64,000 nt of DNA from Eledone cirrhosa (taxonomy: Eukaryota), in contig OZ024740.1 in NCBI GenBank assembly GCA_964016885.1, positions 363,878,001 to 363,942,000 on the forward strand, in the 5' to 3' direction. Numbering within the stretch: position 1 is the first letter of the stretch; the number at the start of each line of letters is the position of its first letter. The translations under genes were made by a program, and so were the position numbers. The notes beneath the pieces were generated by a model. It had not been told where the DNA came from, did no database searches, and worked only from the letters and a program-made list of their open reading frames with translations. Positions 52,167 through 64,000 of this stretch are shown piece by piece.

Positions 52167-53685
52167 ATATATATATAAAGATTTACATATATACAAAGTT
52201 ACAGATATATTTGTGGTAACCGTTCACGATGTGGCTCAATGAAGAATTAATAAATTAAATAATCAGAGCAATATATCATAAATTATGCCCAAAGAATCAT
52301 TTGATAAAATATATACACTTTTTCCTCCCCCAATTAGCATAATTAACCACATAAAAAATCAATTAGACCAGGCTATAAGAATAAAGGCTCCTATGAAGAA
52401 ATATTTGATAAATATACGAAAGCAAATGCTTCGCGACTGACCGCAATAGAATATTTACCCAACATTTCAACAGCATGTAGAAATTGACTAAATATACCGT
52501 CAACCATACGCAATTAGGTATAAATTTAAAGTTAGAAGAAATGCGTACATTGTTACCGTGATTACGTCCCTACCATGGTTTCGTTCGTATTTTGAGATAT
52601 CCTATTAAGGATAAATCTCGAGTATCGAACTCATCAGGAGATGAGTATCGAACTCAATAGGACAATTAATTTTCCAAAGCGATCCCCGCCAAAAGTAGAT
52701 TTTAAAAATGGCTAAGAATCGTGACGTGGCAGTGGTCAAGTTAGAAAGAATGTGATTAGTTGCTTACGGCGAGTAGGCTGATTGCTAGAAAGCGCAGCCC
52801 AATATCGCCCAAATTTCATCTCAACCTAATGGGAGATTATTAAATATAAAGATTTACACATATACAAAGTCACAGATATATATGTGGGAACCGTTCACGA
52901 TGTGGCTCAATGAAGAATTAATAAATTAAATAATCAGAGAAATATATCATATTATATTCTTTCTAACTTGACCACTGCCACGTCACGATTCTTAGCCATT
53001 TTTTTAGAATCAGTTCCTGTGTGAGCAAGACAAAGTCAGCCGACCGGACACTAGCCACATCATATCATCACCATCATCATCATCATCATTTTGTCTGTTC
53101 TTCCACGTTAGCATGGGTTAGACGGGTTGTCCTGTTGTGGGTAGTGTCCGGTCGGCTGACCTTGTCTTACTCATACGGGAACTGATTCTAAAAAAATGGC
53201 TAAGAATCGTGACGTGGCAGTGGTCAAGTTAGAAAGAATATAATATGATATATTTCTCTGATTATTTAATTTATTAATTCTTCATTGAGCCACATCGTGA
53301 ACGGTTGCCACATATATATCAGTAACTTTGTATATATGTAAATCTTTATATATATATAGCAGAGTAGATTGTAGATAGTATAAAGAAAACGAAAAATCAG
53401 CGATGCATCTGGACTCAATTTATTGCGTGTTACAATTGTTTCGCCGGCAGGTAGCTCGAGACATGGTCCCTGTATGGATCTGGCTGATTCTACGGCTGCA
53501 GGTTCCTTCAGACACGGGTAGTTTGTTCGGAGCAAATTTTATCACAGGGGTGTTATCATAAAAAAAACACCCTCAAAAAAGATCTTCCACTTTTGTCATG
53601 CCATTGGCTGTTGTTACTCCACGTCATCTTAAGTTCTGGTCACTATTTACTGCTACACGGGTCATCAGTCATTTTCCCTCCGACA
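52167..53685. repeat. Nested inverted duplications: unclassified repeat, SINE tail and a fourth pseudo-LTR piece
   Basis: ~51835-52280 is inverted at ~53243-53685. ~52843-53060 is inverted at ~53130-53350 around a (CAT)n RTE tail. Confidence 0.75.
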
Positions 53686-53967
53686 TACATATAGTAATAA
53701 TAATGAATGTGAAGACTAAAATCCAAAGAGGGCTTGAAAAGGATAAATATATATCTGTCTGTACAATCACTAAAACTCGAGAACCACCCAACCGATTGTT
53801 TTCAAACTTTACACTAGTAATACTTATGGTCCTATTGATTGTTCTGAGCAAAAAAAATTTCAAATTTTCAATGCCCTAGGAACCGCATTAGGCGATTTAG
53901 CGATCTCTTTCTCTCTCTCTTAGTCTTTCTCTTTTTAGATAGATATATAGATATTACGCCGCGCCTT

Positions 53968-54162
53968 TATAATTGTTTCTACTTTAGGCACAAGTCCAGC
54001 AAATACTCAGTGCATTACTGGTACTTTATTTTATCGACCCCGTAAGGATGAAAGTCAAAGTAAACCTCGGCGGCATTTGAACTCAGACCGTAAAGGGACG
54101 TAACTATGCTGGAAAGCATGGCATCCGACTCTCTACCGATACTGCCAATCCATCGCCCTTAT
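53968..54162 (-). mobile_element. tRNA-derived SINE with Nin/Deu-like domain
   Basis: Minus strand TGGCAGTATCGG (A box) ... GAGTTCAAATGCC (B box) ... CTTTCATCCTTACGGGGTCGATAAAATAAAGTACCAGT. Confidence 0.7.
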
Positions 54163-54949
54163 AATGCTTGACTGTCTGCATTACGTTATTATGACGCGAT
54201 CAGTGTGTGTGTGTTTACATATGTATATATATAGTGTGTGTGTGTGTATATATATATATATTCTTATGCAAGGAACATCTTCACAAACCAAAGTATCGTC
54301 TTCTTGTTTTCCTTCGGTTGCAACGTTTTTCGAAATATTTACATCAGCGTTCACAGATTGATTTTTTTAATTTTAGTTTCAGAAGATCGCGTTTAGGGTG
54401 AAAGCAGCGATTCTTTGCTTAAACTTTAGTCTGTTATTTTATATATATATAATTATATATTCGTGTACAGATATTTGTGCATGCACAATAACAAAATATA
54501 AACAAAAGTATTTATTTCGCGATAAAGTATTAATTTTCTTTGCACGGAAAAAAATCCTGGTAATGTACAAGGATATTTTTTTTATAAGCACAAAAATAGA
54601 CACCAATCAAAGGCAGTGGTATTTCGTACTTCTCTGTACTGTTATATATATATAATTATATATTCGTGTACAGATATTTTTGCATACACAATAACAAAAT
54701 ATAAACAAACGTATTTATTTCACGAAGCTCGATAAGGATAAATATATATCAAATATATAAGAACCCTAGAGCAAATCCCAAGCAACGCCGGGCCATTCTG
54801 ATAGTCAAATATATAAGAACCCTAGAGTAAATGTTTATGAAAATAACAGATTAATGTTTAAGCAAAGAATCGCTGCTTCAGCAATTCTTTGCTTAAACTT
54901 TTATTTAAATCTGTTATTTTAATAAATATATATACATATATATATATTT

Positions 54950-55245
54950 GCATCTCATAACAACAATGCGACACAATTATTTCACCTCAATTGACGCCGC
55001 TCTCTTTAACATTACACCAAAACACATTAAAACAGAAACAGACCCCATCAAGTTCAAGAAGTCTTTGGACAAATTCCTTCAAGAAATCCCGGATAAGCCT
55101 CCTACACCCAGATATGCTTCCGTAAACAATAACTCTCTACTTGAGTGGGCCATGGTCCCCAAAATCCTGATTTGAAAGACTTTGCCAGGTGGTGCTATTA
55201 AGTTAGACATGGCCTGGGCCAATACTGGCTGAAACCTATCAAAGT
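54950..55245 (+). mobile_element. CR1/L2-group LINE extreme 3' end
   Basis: LFNITPKHIK...FKKSLDKFLQEIPDKP. Confidence 0.6.
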
Positions 55246-55246
55246 T

Positions 55247-55282
<36 letters not shown>

Positions 55283-55312
55283 GTGTATACACATATATAT
55301 GTTTATACATAT

Positions 55313-58300
55313 ATCATCATCATCATCATCATCAACGTTTAACGTCCGTGTTCCACGCTTGCATGGGTTTGGACGGGAGTAGTCCCACTTGAGGCAAGAG
55401 TGATTGTCTTGCTCGCATAGGGCTGTCTGGCCGGTTTTCTACAGTTGGATGCCCTTCCTAACACCAACCACATTTACAGTGTGGGTCTGGGAGGTTTTTA
55501 CCGTGTTGCCTACACGGCCACATTACAGCGTGGACTGTGTGTTTTTTTTGTCGTGACACCTACACGATCTCATTTGTTTCGGCCTGGATGGCGCGGCACC
55601 AACATAACTTTACATAGAACGGGGTGGTGTGGATGGGGTGGGGGTGGTGGCGGGACGGGGTGTATTTTGTTAGAGATGCCTACTGGCAAGGCGGGTCTTC
55701 TCTGTTACTGAGTACCGCCAAAGGTCTCGGTCCAGTGACATTGTCTTGGAGAGGTGTAAGTGTGTGAGGTCGGAGTTTATCAGCTCATCCCATGTTTTTC
55801 TAGGTCTGCCTATTCCGTGGCTACCGTCTATCTTTATTGCCCTGCACTTTGTTATACAGCTATCGACTTTCATGCGCATCACGTGTCCATACCAACGCAG
55901 CCTTCTCTCGAGTAAACAACATCTGATCCCTCTTATCTCTAATTTTTTCCTTAGTTCGTTTATGCTTTGCCGTTCACGTATATTACTGTTACACATCCAG
56001 CGGAGCATGCAAGCTTCGTTCCTCTCTAGTCTGCGTATATCCTCTGCACACAATGCCCAGGTCTCACTACCATGCAACATTGCTGTTCGTATGCAGGCAT
56101 CGTACAACCTGCCTTTCATTTTTAGGGAGAACCCTTTAGCAGCTAATAGTGGTATAAGCTCTCTGAACTTTTTCCAACCAGTTCTGACTCTAGCTACAGT
56201 ACTTTCAGAGCACCCTCCCCCACTGCTGATTTTATCGCCCAGGTAACGGAAGCTGTCCACTATTTCTATAGAACCCTCTGCGCAATTGAAAGAGCTAGTA
56301 TTTTGTGGGCACTTGCTGCTACTTATTGCACCAGAACACCGGCCATATGTAAAATCTATGTTCTTAGTTAGCTTACCTGTGATCCCACTACATCTTTTAT
56401 GCACCCATACTTTGCATTTAGGACATAAAATGGAGTTTCTACCTACGCCTTTCCTACACACCGAGCACGACCATTTCCCAGAAGGGACCGCCGCCTTGTT
56501 TTCTTTCCTACAAACTAGTACTTTGGTCTTAGCCAGGTTAATTTTAAGTCCTTTTGACTCTAGGCCGTGCTTCCATGTTTGGAATTTCTTCTCTAGCTCG
56601 GCCATTGATTCCGCTATGAGTGTCAGGTCGTCTGCGTATAGGAGTTCCCATGGGCAGCCTGTCTTGAACTCCTCTGTTATAGCCTGAAGGGCAATAATAA
56701 ATAGTAGGGGGCTGAGAACAGAGCCCTGATGGACGCCAACTTTTACGCTAAACTCTTCACTATATTCGTTGTTAATTCTAACCTTGCTGACTGTTTCTTT
56801 ATACATGGCTTGTATAGCCCTCACAAGCCATTCGTCAACGCCTAGTTTTCTAAGAGCCCACCAGATAATGGAGCGGGGGACTCTGTCGAGGGCTTTCTCC
56901 AGGTCGACAAAAGCTAAGTAGAGGGGTTTACCTTTAGCTAGGTACTTCTCCTGTAGTTGTCGTACTATGAAAAGAGCGTCTGTGGTGCTTTTGCCTGACA
57001 CAAACCCGAACTGCATTTCATCTAGGTCAATTCTCTCTCTGATTAGTTGCGCTATTACTTTTTCCGTGACCTTCATGACCTGGTCGATTAATTTAATGCC
57101 TCTATAGTTACTCCTATCTAGGGCGTCTCCTTTACCCTTATAACAGTTAACGATGATGCTGCTATGCCAGTCCTTCGGAACAACCCCATTCTGTACGACT
57201 TGGTTAACTATGCGGGTGACCATGGTGTGTCCCACCGTGCCAGATGCCTTCAGCATCTCAGCAACTATTTCCGAAGGCCCAGCCGCCTTACCCGTCTTCA
57301 TATCCTTGATTGCCTTACTTATTATACTCCCCTCGACTAACACTGCTGGTCCCTCTATCGGGTCGATATGGGGGAGACTGTCTTTCTCCCATTTATTCTC
57401 CTCATTTAGTAGCCTTTCATAGTGACACTTCCAAGCTACCTTCTTATCAGTGTCGGTGATGGCAAGTATGCCATCATCGTTAAGTACACACTTCTCCCCG
57501 ACAATATCACGGTTTTCCTTGACGCATTGCCTGGCAATCCTGAACACCTCACGTTTTTGGTCATCGCGTTGTAGAACATGCTTGAACTTTCTTTCCTCAG
57601 CTTCCCTTCTTGCTAAGTACACTTCTCTCCTAGCTTCCCTCCTGGCTACTTGATAGTCTACTCTACTTCCCCCATCCCGCCATACTTTCCAAGCCTGCTT
57701 TTTGGCCTTAATTGACCCCTCCACCCTACTGTTCCACCACCAAGTTACTCTCCTCCTGCCTACAGGCCTGCTCCAGCCACAGACTTCGTCTGTCGCCAAC
57801 AGCAGGTTTGCTTTCAGAAATTCCCACTGTCCCTCTATATTGTCCGATTCTAGATGCTCTTCCTTACTGTCGAAAGCATCAAGTAATATGCTTTGAAATT
57901 TATTTCTGGCTGTGGGGTCCTTTAGTTTCCATATTTTCCTCCCGAGGATAGTCCTCTTCTGCTGTCGAGTACGTCTCGTCCTGACTATGAGGTCGCTAAT
58001 TATCAGTCTATGTTGGGAGGTGCATTCTTCATGGGGGAGGGATTTAGTGTTTACAACAGACACTCTGTCACGTCTTCTGGTAAGGATATAATCTACCTGG
58101 CTTGTGTGTTCCCCTGATCTATAGGTGATCAGGTGATTGTCACGTTTTTTGAAGTTAGTGTTATAGATAGTTAGGTTATTTGCATCACAGAATTCCAGGA
58201 TTCTGGGGCCTTCCTCATTTCTAGTACCAAACCCATAGCCTCCATGGATTTCGTCGTAGCCGTCACAATGTTGTCCAAGGTGACCATTTAGGTCGCCTGC

Positions 58301-59100
58301 AATAATTATATAGTCACTGTCAGATATTTGGGAGGTAGTTAGCAACAGTGTCTCATAGAATCTGTCTTTTATAGTGCCGGGCAGTCCGGATTGGGGTGCG
58401 TACGCAGATATTACTGTCACCGTAGTTCTATTGAGGACAAGTCTTATTTTAATTATTCTGTCGTTCACTCTATTTACGTCTATTATCTTATCTGCCCACT
58501 TTTCTGCTACCATGATTCCTACTCCACCCAGCCCATCGTCGTTTCCCACCCAGAAAAGCTTATAACATCGTTTTTTACCCTCAATGAATCTAGCAGACCC
58601 ACCCCTCCACCTGGTCTCTTGAATACAACAAACATCGACCTCCTTACGTTCAAGCATTTCTACAACCTCGTTAGCGCGACCCTTTAGGGTGCCTACCTTT
58701 ATGGTACCAACTCTGAAGTTTGGGGTTGCGTTTGGAGGGTGGGGGTGGTGGGGGGCGGGGGAGATAGGGTTACGTTAGCCATCCGCGGACGAAACAAAGA
58801 GGAGTGCTCGCATTCTCGTCCACGAGGTGAATTTGACTTTAACTTTGGCATTTTCGCTCTGAGCGTCCAGATTTTTCTCTCCCTTCCACTCTCCAGGATT
58901 CCGCAGTCCGTCCATCCATCCATCCATCCATCATATATCGAAGGCAACCGGGCAAGCGATAGTATAGGCCTCTGGCTTATGATTGGTCCGCGTAATAATA
59001 ATAATGGTGATGCGTGGGGGTGGGGGGCTCTGGCTTATAATAATAATGGTGATGCGTGGGGGGGGGGGACTCTGGCTTATGATTGGTCCACGTATTAAGT
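55313..59100 (-). mobile_element. Near full-length young RTE LINE (5' boundary uncertain)
   Basis: Single long ORF, ~350-nt 3' UTR ending in (GAT)n, and upstream 5' UTR-like sequence with short tandem repeats. Confidence 0.93.
55670..58657 (-). CDS. RTE ORF: APE endonuclease, reverse transcriptase, PHD-like Cys/His finger, RTE C-terminus
   Basis: CIQETRW, SAYAPQ, GDLNGH, VDYIL, SQHR; NYRGIKL, QFGF, FVDLEKA.DRV, GVHQGSVLSPLLF, LLYADDL, FRYLG; GRPRKTW. The frame stays open upstream through FRVGTIKV. Confidence 0.95.
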   Translation of the reverse strand: MLERKEVDVCCIQETRWRGGSARFIEGKKRCYKLFWVGNDDGLGGVGIMVAEKWADKIIDVNRVNDRIIKIRLVLNRTTVTVISAYAPQSGLPGTIKDRFYETLLLTTSQISDSDYIIIAGDLNGHLGQHCDGYDEIHGGYGFGTRNEEGPRILEFCDANNLTIYNTNFKKRDNHLITYRSGEHTSQVDYILTRRRDRVSVVNTKSLPHEECTSQHRLIISDLIVRTRRTRQQKRTILGRKIWKLKDPTARNKFQSILLDAFDSKEEHLESDNIEGQWEFLKANLLLATDEVCGWSRPVGRRRVTWWWNSRVEGSIKAKKQAWKVWRDGGSRVDYQVARREARREVYLARREAEERKFKHVLQRDDQKREVFRIARQCVKENRDIVGEKCVLNDDGILAITDTDKKVAWKCHYERLLNEENKWEKDSLPHIDPIEGPAVLVEGSIISKAIKDMKTGKAAGPSEIVAEMLKASGTVGHTMVTRIVNQVVQNGVVPKDWHSSIIVNCYKGKGDALDRSNYRGIKLIDQVMKVTEKVIAQLIRERIDLDEMQFGFVSGKSTTDALFIVRQLQEKYLAKGKPLYLAFVDLEKALDRVPRSIIWWALRKLGVDEWLVRAIQAMYKETVSKVRINNEYSEEFSVKVGVHQGSVLSPLLFIIALQAITEEFKTGCPWELLYADDLTLIAESMAELEKKFQTWKHGLESKGLKINLAKTKVLVCRKENKAAVPSGKWSCSVCRKGVGRNSILCPKCKVWVHKRCSGITGKLTKNIDFTYGRCSGAISSSKCPQNTSSFNCAEGSIEIVDSFRYLGDKISSGGGCSESTVARVRTGWKKFRELIPLLAAKGFSLKMKGRLYDACIRTAMLHGSETWALCAEDIRRLERNEACMLRWMCNSNIRERQSINELRKKLEIRGIRCCLLERRLRWYGHVMRMKVDSCITKCRAIKIDGSHGIGRPRKTWDELINSDLTHLHLSKTMSLDRDLWRYSVTEKTRLASRHL

Positions 59101-59614
59101 ATGGTGGTGTGTGGGAGGGGTGTGGGGTAGCTAGCTGGAAGGTTATGAATGTTTAACAAGCGATTTAACAAAAAGCAAAACTGCAAGATTTGTTCTGTTC
59201 AATACGACAAAAACACCGTATTTAAACCTTAAATAGATAACAAAAAATACAGATTTCGGATTTTGCGAGATTGGATGTTTGGACTATGTACGAAATTGAG
59301 CGTGGAATAGATGGAGGAAAAATTTGTACTTTACGATTTACATGAGTACACCGTAGTAGGAATAATTGAAGCAGCGGTGGATTGGCGAAAGTGAATAAAC
59401 ATGAAGGAGAACTTATCTTATATATATATATATGTGTGTGTGTGTGTAGCTAAGAGAGAGAGAGGGGAAGAAAGAGAGGGGGGAAAGGGGGAGAGAGATT
59501 GTGGCTGACCGCAGCCCCTCGTGGAGTAGCTGCTGGAGGGTGAAGGGGTAGAGCGGATTTTTTGACTTTCAAGTAGCATAATATATATATTTAAAGTAAT
59601 TTATAAGAAGTAGA

Positions 59615-59830
59615 ATGGGAAGGATTTTGTTTTTTGTTTGAGAATACGATAGAATTAAGGAATTGGACGATACGATAGAATTAAGAATGGGAAGGATTTT
59701 GTTTTTTGTTTGAGAATACGATAGAATTAAGGAATTGGACGATACGATAGAATTAAGAATGGGAAGGATTTTGTTTTTTGTTTGGGGATACGATAGAATT
59801 AAGGAATTGGAGAATACGATAGAATTAATT
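59615..59830. repeat. ~71-bp tandem repeat (3 copies)
   Basis: gaatgggaaggattttgtt...gatacgatagaattaa units. Separately, 59132-59192 is duplicated at 59840-59900. Confidence 0.8.
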
Positions 59831-60829
59831 GAATTGATGAGCTGGAAGGTTATGAATGTTTAACAAGCGATTTAACAAAAAGCAAAACTGCAAGATTTGT
59901 ATATATATATATCTATATGTATATACATATATATGTTTATACATATATATGTATATATATATATAAAAATGTTGCACTACATGGCTGAATACAATAAATG
60001 TAATCTGAGTTTTTCGAATATTAATAATAATATTCGATTCGTTTGCAATTATGCAAACAACAAGCCTCATTTTTAAAGCCATGTCAGTAGAATGAGCCCC
60101 TCATTCTTGCTCTTGCTTAGTTAATGTTTTCATTGAGCCACACCGTCAAAGGTAGCCACACTCATATATGTATCTGTGACTATGTCTAAATATATACATA
60201 TATATCCCTATGAATTTATTCTATACTCCCATTCGGTCAAGTAAACCTTAGGCGGTAACTAACTGTTCATTCTAGCAGCTAACCTACCTGCCATCCAACC
60301 TACTCATCACACCCTTCTACTTTGACTGCTGGCCGCGTGATAATTCTTACCCATTTTGAATTCATTTCTGGCGGTGAACACTGTAGAAATTTTAGTCCTA
60401 ACTTGAGGGAGTCTCTTGATAAGGTCGGAACCTCACGGCTAATACCAGGACTGGACATATCCACAAAGTACAAGCAAAACTATCGATAGTCGGGACTAGA
60501 AGAATTTTGGTAAAGTTTATATACATTTTTTCTTCAAACTTACATTTTAGACTTAGCTCCGTTTAATTGATAATTTGTCTAGTTAATTTCTACGGGCTAA
60601 GAAGAAAGACTAGGTACATTTTATATGACTGTTCCTCGTGCGGGATATCTGTGTCATTTATCTGTTATTTCTTCGGAGTTACATTTTAAACTTAGCTCTG
60701 TTTAAATGATTATTTATCTAGTTAATTTCTACGGACTAGGGAGAAGAAAAATTGGGTATATTTTATCTGACTGTTCTTCAAACTTACAATTTTATATATA
60801 TATATAGAGAGAGAGAGAGAGATCAGAGG

Positions 60830-63460
60830 AGCATCAGATAGATGGACAGTTGTAAACACAAAAGCCTTCCCTGGTGAGGAATGTACTTCCCAACATAACT
60901 TAGTTGTCAACAACCTCACTGTCAGAGCTAGATGAACTTCACAACAGAAGGCAACCTGGAAAAGAAAGAGATGGAAGCTGAAAGACCCCTCAGCCAGTAA
61001 CAGATTTAAAGATATTTTACTCGATGCCTACGACAGTAAAGAAGAACAGATAGAGACATTCAATGTAGAAGAGCAGTGGGAGTTCCTAAAAAGTAACTTA
61101 CTAAAGGCGACGGATGAGATCTGTGGTTGGAGCAAAGGCGGAGGAGAGTGACTTGGTGGTGGAACAATAAGGTAGATGAGGCAGTTAAGGCTAAAAGACA
61201 GGCATGGAAAGAATGGAAGAACGGGGGTAGCAGAGTACATTATATAGAGACCAGGAGGGAAGCTAGGCGACAAGTATACTTAGCTAGTAGGGAAGTTGAG
61301 GATAGAAAATTAAAGCATTTTTTGCAACGTGAGGACCAGAAACAGGAGGTGTTCAAGATTGCGAGGCAGTGTGTCAGAGAGAATTGTGATGTCATTGGAG
61401 AGAAGTGTATCCGGAATGATAGAGGTGAGCTTGCCCTCACAAGTGCTGAGAAGAAAGATGCGTAGAAGAGCCATTATGATAGATTACTAAATGAGGAGAA
61501 TGCATGGGAAAAAGAGACCCTATCCCAAGTGGACCCTATAGAAGGGCCAGCAGTACAAGTCAGCAACAGCGTAGTAAGTAAGGCAATCAAAGATATGAAG
61601 ACAGGGAAGGCAACTGGTCCATCGGGTATAGGTGGCAAGATGCTGAAGGAATCTGGGTCAGTAGGTCATACCATAACCACTCACATTGTTAACCAGGTAA
61701 TACTAGAGGGTATCATACCAAAGGATTGGTGCAGCAGCATCATTGTCAACTGCTACAAGGGTAAAGGTGATGCACTAGATCAGCAGTTCCCAACCTTTTA
61801 TAATAAATTCCACCTTAATGATATAGCAAAACAGTATGGCCCCCCCAAAAAAATTAAAATTTTTGTATTGATTTTTTTATGTAGAAATAATTTCGGCATG
61901 TCTTTTTATTTCAGTCAAAGTAATTTTGTCAATGAGAAATTTACTAAAATAAATCATATATATCCTGTTATAAAAATAAGTTTCTTTACTAGGAGTTTAT
62001 TTACTAAAACATAAATTTTTATATCCAGATTTAAATAATTATCAAGTGAAGTAAAATCATAATTAGAAAAGGTAGAAAGTTGATAAAAAGTTGAAAATAA
62101 AAATTTGAAGCAAGAAAAAGAAAAAATTATGTTAGGAAACTACTCTTCTTTTTTATAAATGAAATTTTGTGATTTTTAGTTAATTCCCGTGACTCCTCCA
62201 ATAACTTGCTATGACCCACTGGTGGGCCATAGCCCCCTGGTTGGGAACTAATGCACTAGATAGAAGAAACTATAGAACTATAAAGCTGATGGACCAGGTC
62301 ATGAAAGTAATGGAAAGAGTTATAGCACAGTTGATTAGGGACCAGGTAAAGCTAGATGAGATGCAATTTGGGTTTGTACCAGGAAAAGGCACCACTGATG
62401 CCCTCTTCCTTGTGAGGCAGTTACAGGAAAAGTACCTAGCTAAAAGTAAGCCATTCTACCTGGCATTTATCGATCTGAAAAAAGCCTTTGACAGAGTCCC
62501 CCATGCTATAATCTGTGGGCTTTTAGAAAACTAGGAGTAGATGAATGGCTTGTGAAAGTTGTACAAGCCATGTATAGGGGAGCAGTCAACAAAGTTAGAG
62601 TTAGCAATGACTATAGTGAGGAATTTAGCAAAGATGGTCGGTGTCCATGAGGTCTCTGTTCTTAGCACTCTCCTGTTCATTATAGTATTGCAGGCAATAA
62701 CGGAGGAGTTTAAGACCGGATGCCCATGGGAACTCCTATATGCAGATAATCTCACACTTATAGCTATGGTGGAACTAGAGAAGAAATTCCAAACATGGAA
62801 GCAGAGACTAGAAAAAAAGGGTCTGAAAGTCAACCTGACAAAGACTAAGGTCCTCGTAAGTAGATGAGAAAATAGAACGCAGATCCCCTCAGGGAAAAGG
62901 TCTTGCTCAGTATGTAGGAAAGGTGTAGGTAGGAACTCCATCCTCTGCTCCAAATGCAAACAATGGGTACACAAGAGATGTAGTGGGATCTCAGGAAGCT
63001 TAACTAAGAATGTAGGCTTCACATGTAGCAGCTGTGCTGGGACAGCAAGCAGCAAACAGGCACAGGAAACAAGCACCACCAAACTCTGGGAGGGATCTGT
63101 AGAAACAGTAGACAGCTTCTGTTACCTAGGTGACCAAATTAGCAGCAGAGGTGGGTGTTTGGAAAGTACAATAACTAGGGTAAGAATGGAATGGAAGAAG
63201 TTCAAGGGGCTACTGCCACTGCTAGCTGCAAAAGGCCTTTCCCTTACTGTAAAGTGGATGTGTAGGCGCCACGGAAAAAAACCACCCAGCACTCACTGTA
63301 AATGAGATTGGTGTTAGGAAGGGCATCCAGCTGGAGAAATCAAGCCATAACCAGTTCCCATATGAGCAAGACAAGGTCAGCCAACCGAACACTGCCCACA
63401 ACAGGACAACCCATCAAACCCATGCTAGCATAGAAGAACAGACGTAAAACGGTGATGATG
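60830..63460 (+). mobile_element. Older RTE LINE copy (EN end to tail), disrupted
   Basis: VTWWWN, DPIEGPAV, KGKGDALD, DEMQFGF, CPWELLYAD with stops; 3' tail at 63260-63460. Confidence 0.9.
61781..62253. mobile_element. hAT (Charlie-like) MITE inserted in the RTE
   Basis: 8-bp TSD CACTAGAT (61773-80 and 62254-61); imperfect TIRs CAGCAGTTCCCAACC / GGTTGGGAACTAATG. The RTE frame GKGDALD|RRNYR resumes after it. Confidence 0.88.
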
Positions 63461-63524
63461 ATATACATGTATGTGTGTGTGTGTGCTTTTGTGTTTGTGT
63501 GTGTGTGTGTATATATATATATAG

Positions 63525-64000
63525 GTCAATGTATCTCGCTCAGAACATTGACCTCCTGGAAACTGTTCAGAGACGTGCAACCAAGCGCATACCCTCCATC
63601 AGACACCTACCATACTCTGAACGCCTTGCTTCCCTGGGCATGGATTCATTGAAGCTCTGACGTCTGCCAATGGACTTGGTAAACACCCACAAAGTTATTA
63701 ACCATCTCGCCAACAACAACCCTGAGCACATGTGGAGATACCTACAAAATCAGAAAACAGCACAGCTCCCATGACTTTCGGAAACATTTTTTCACGCTCA
63801 GAGTTGTTGAAGCTTGGAACAAACTGCCTGCGTCAGTTGTTAGCTGCCGAGACACTGCATCCTTTAAAACCCTCATGCTTCCCGAAATTCGCCAAAACTA
63901 CACCTGATGTACCCCTTCCATACACATGCACATGTGTATATCATGACTCATGCACTGTTCATTTTCCTGACGTTTGTACATTACCCTATGTACTATACAT
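63525..64000 (+). mobile_element. CR1-like LINE 3' fragment
   Basis: Highly similar to the reverse complement of 18295-18785 (YLAQNIDLLETVQRRATK...). Confidence 0.88.

Noticed and set aside
55746-58687. Plus-strand ORFs overlapping the RTE, and similar ones over the mariner and PLE
   Set aside because: Antisense shadows of TE coding frames with no independent motifs.
40389-64000. Additional host exons after exon 14
   Set aside because: No MAM, LDLa or transmembrane-coding segment with good splice sites was found by eye; a short exon could have been missed.

Overview
AT-rich, microsatellite-dense metazoan genomic DNA. An octopod cephalopod origin is inferred from the SINE/RTE repertoire, not proven. 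The only host gene found is an internal part of a large multi-MAM-domain secreted or membrane protein gene on the + strand. It has 14 GT-AG exons (1792-40388) that splice phase-consistently into 2305 nt (~768 codons): the end of one MAM domain, four complete MAM domains and two Ser/Thr/Pro linkers. Neither the start nor the stop codon is in the window. The introns are filled with transposons: a near-intact RTE LINE with a PHD-like finger plus many truncated copies, CR1-like fragments, tRNA-derived SINEs, a DD37D (maT-type) Tc1/mariner, hAT and TTAA MITEs, Helitron-like pieces, and GIY-YIG Penelope-like elements (PLEs) with Naiad-type motifs. The most unusual layer is a set of about 19 hammerhead-ribozyme-like motifs from several PLE-type terminal-repeat families. 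Two have an intact catalytic core and lie in the sense orientation of the host pre-mRNA. Several have a long, structured stem II, and many sit in fold-back palindromes or kb-scale inverted repeats. Most short ORFs in the supplied track are microsatellite or antisense-TE artefacts. All structures were read by eye; nothing was computed or searched.
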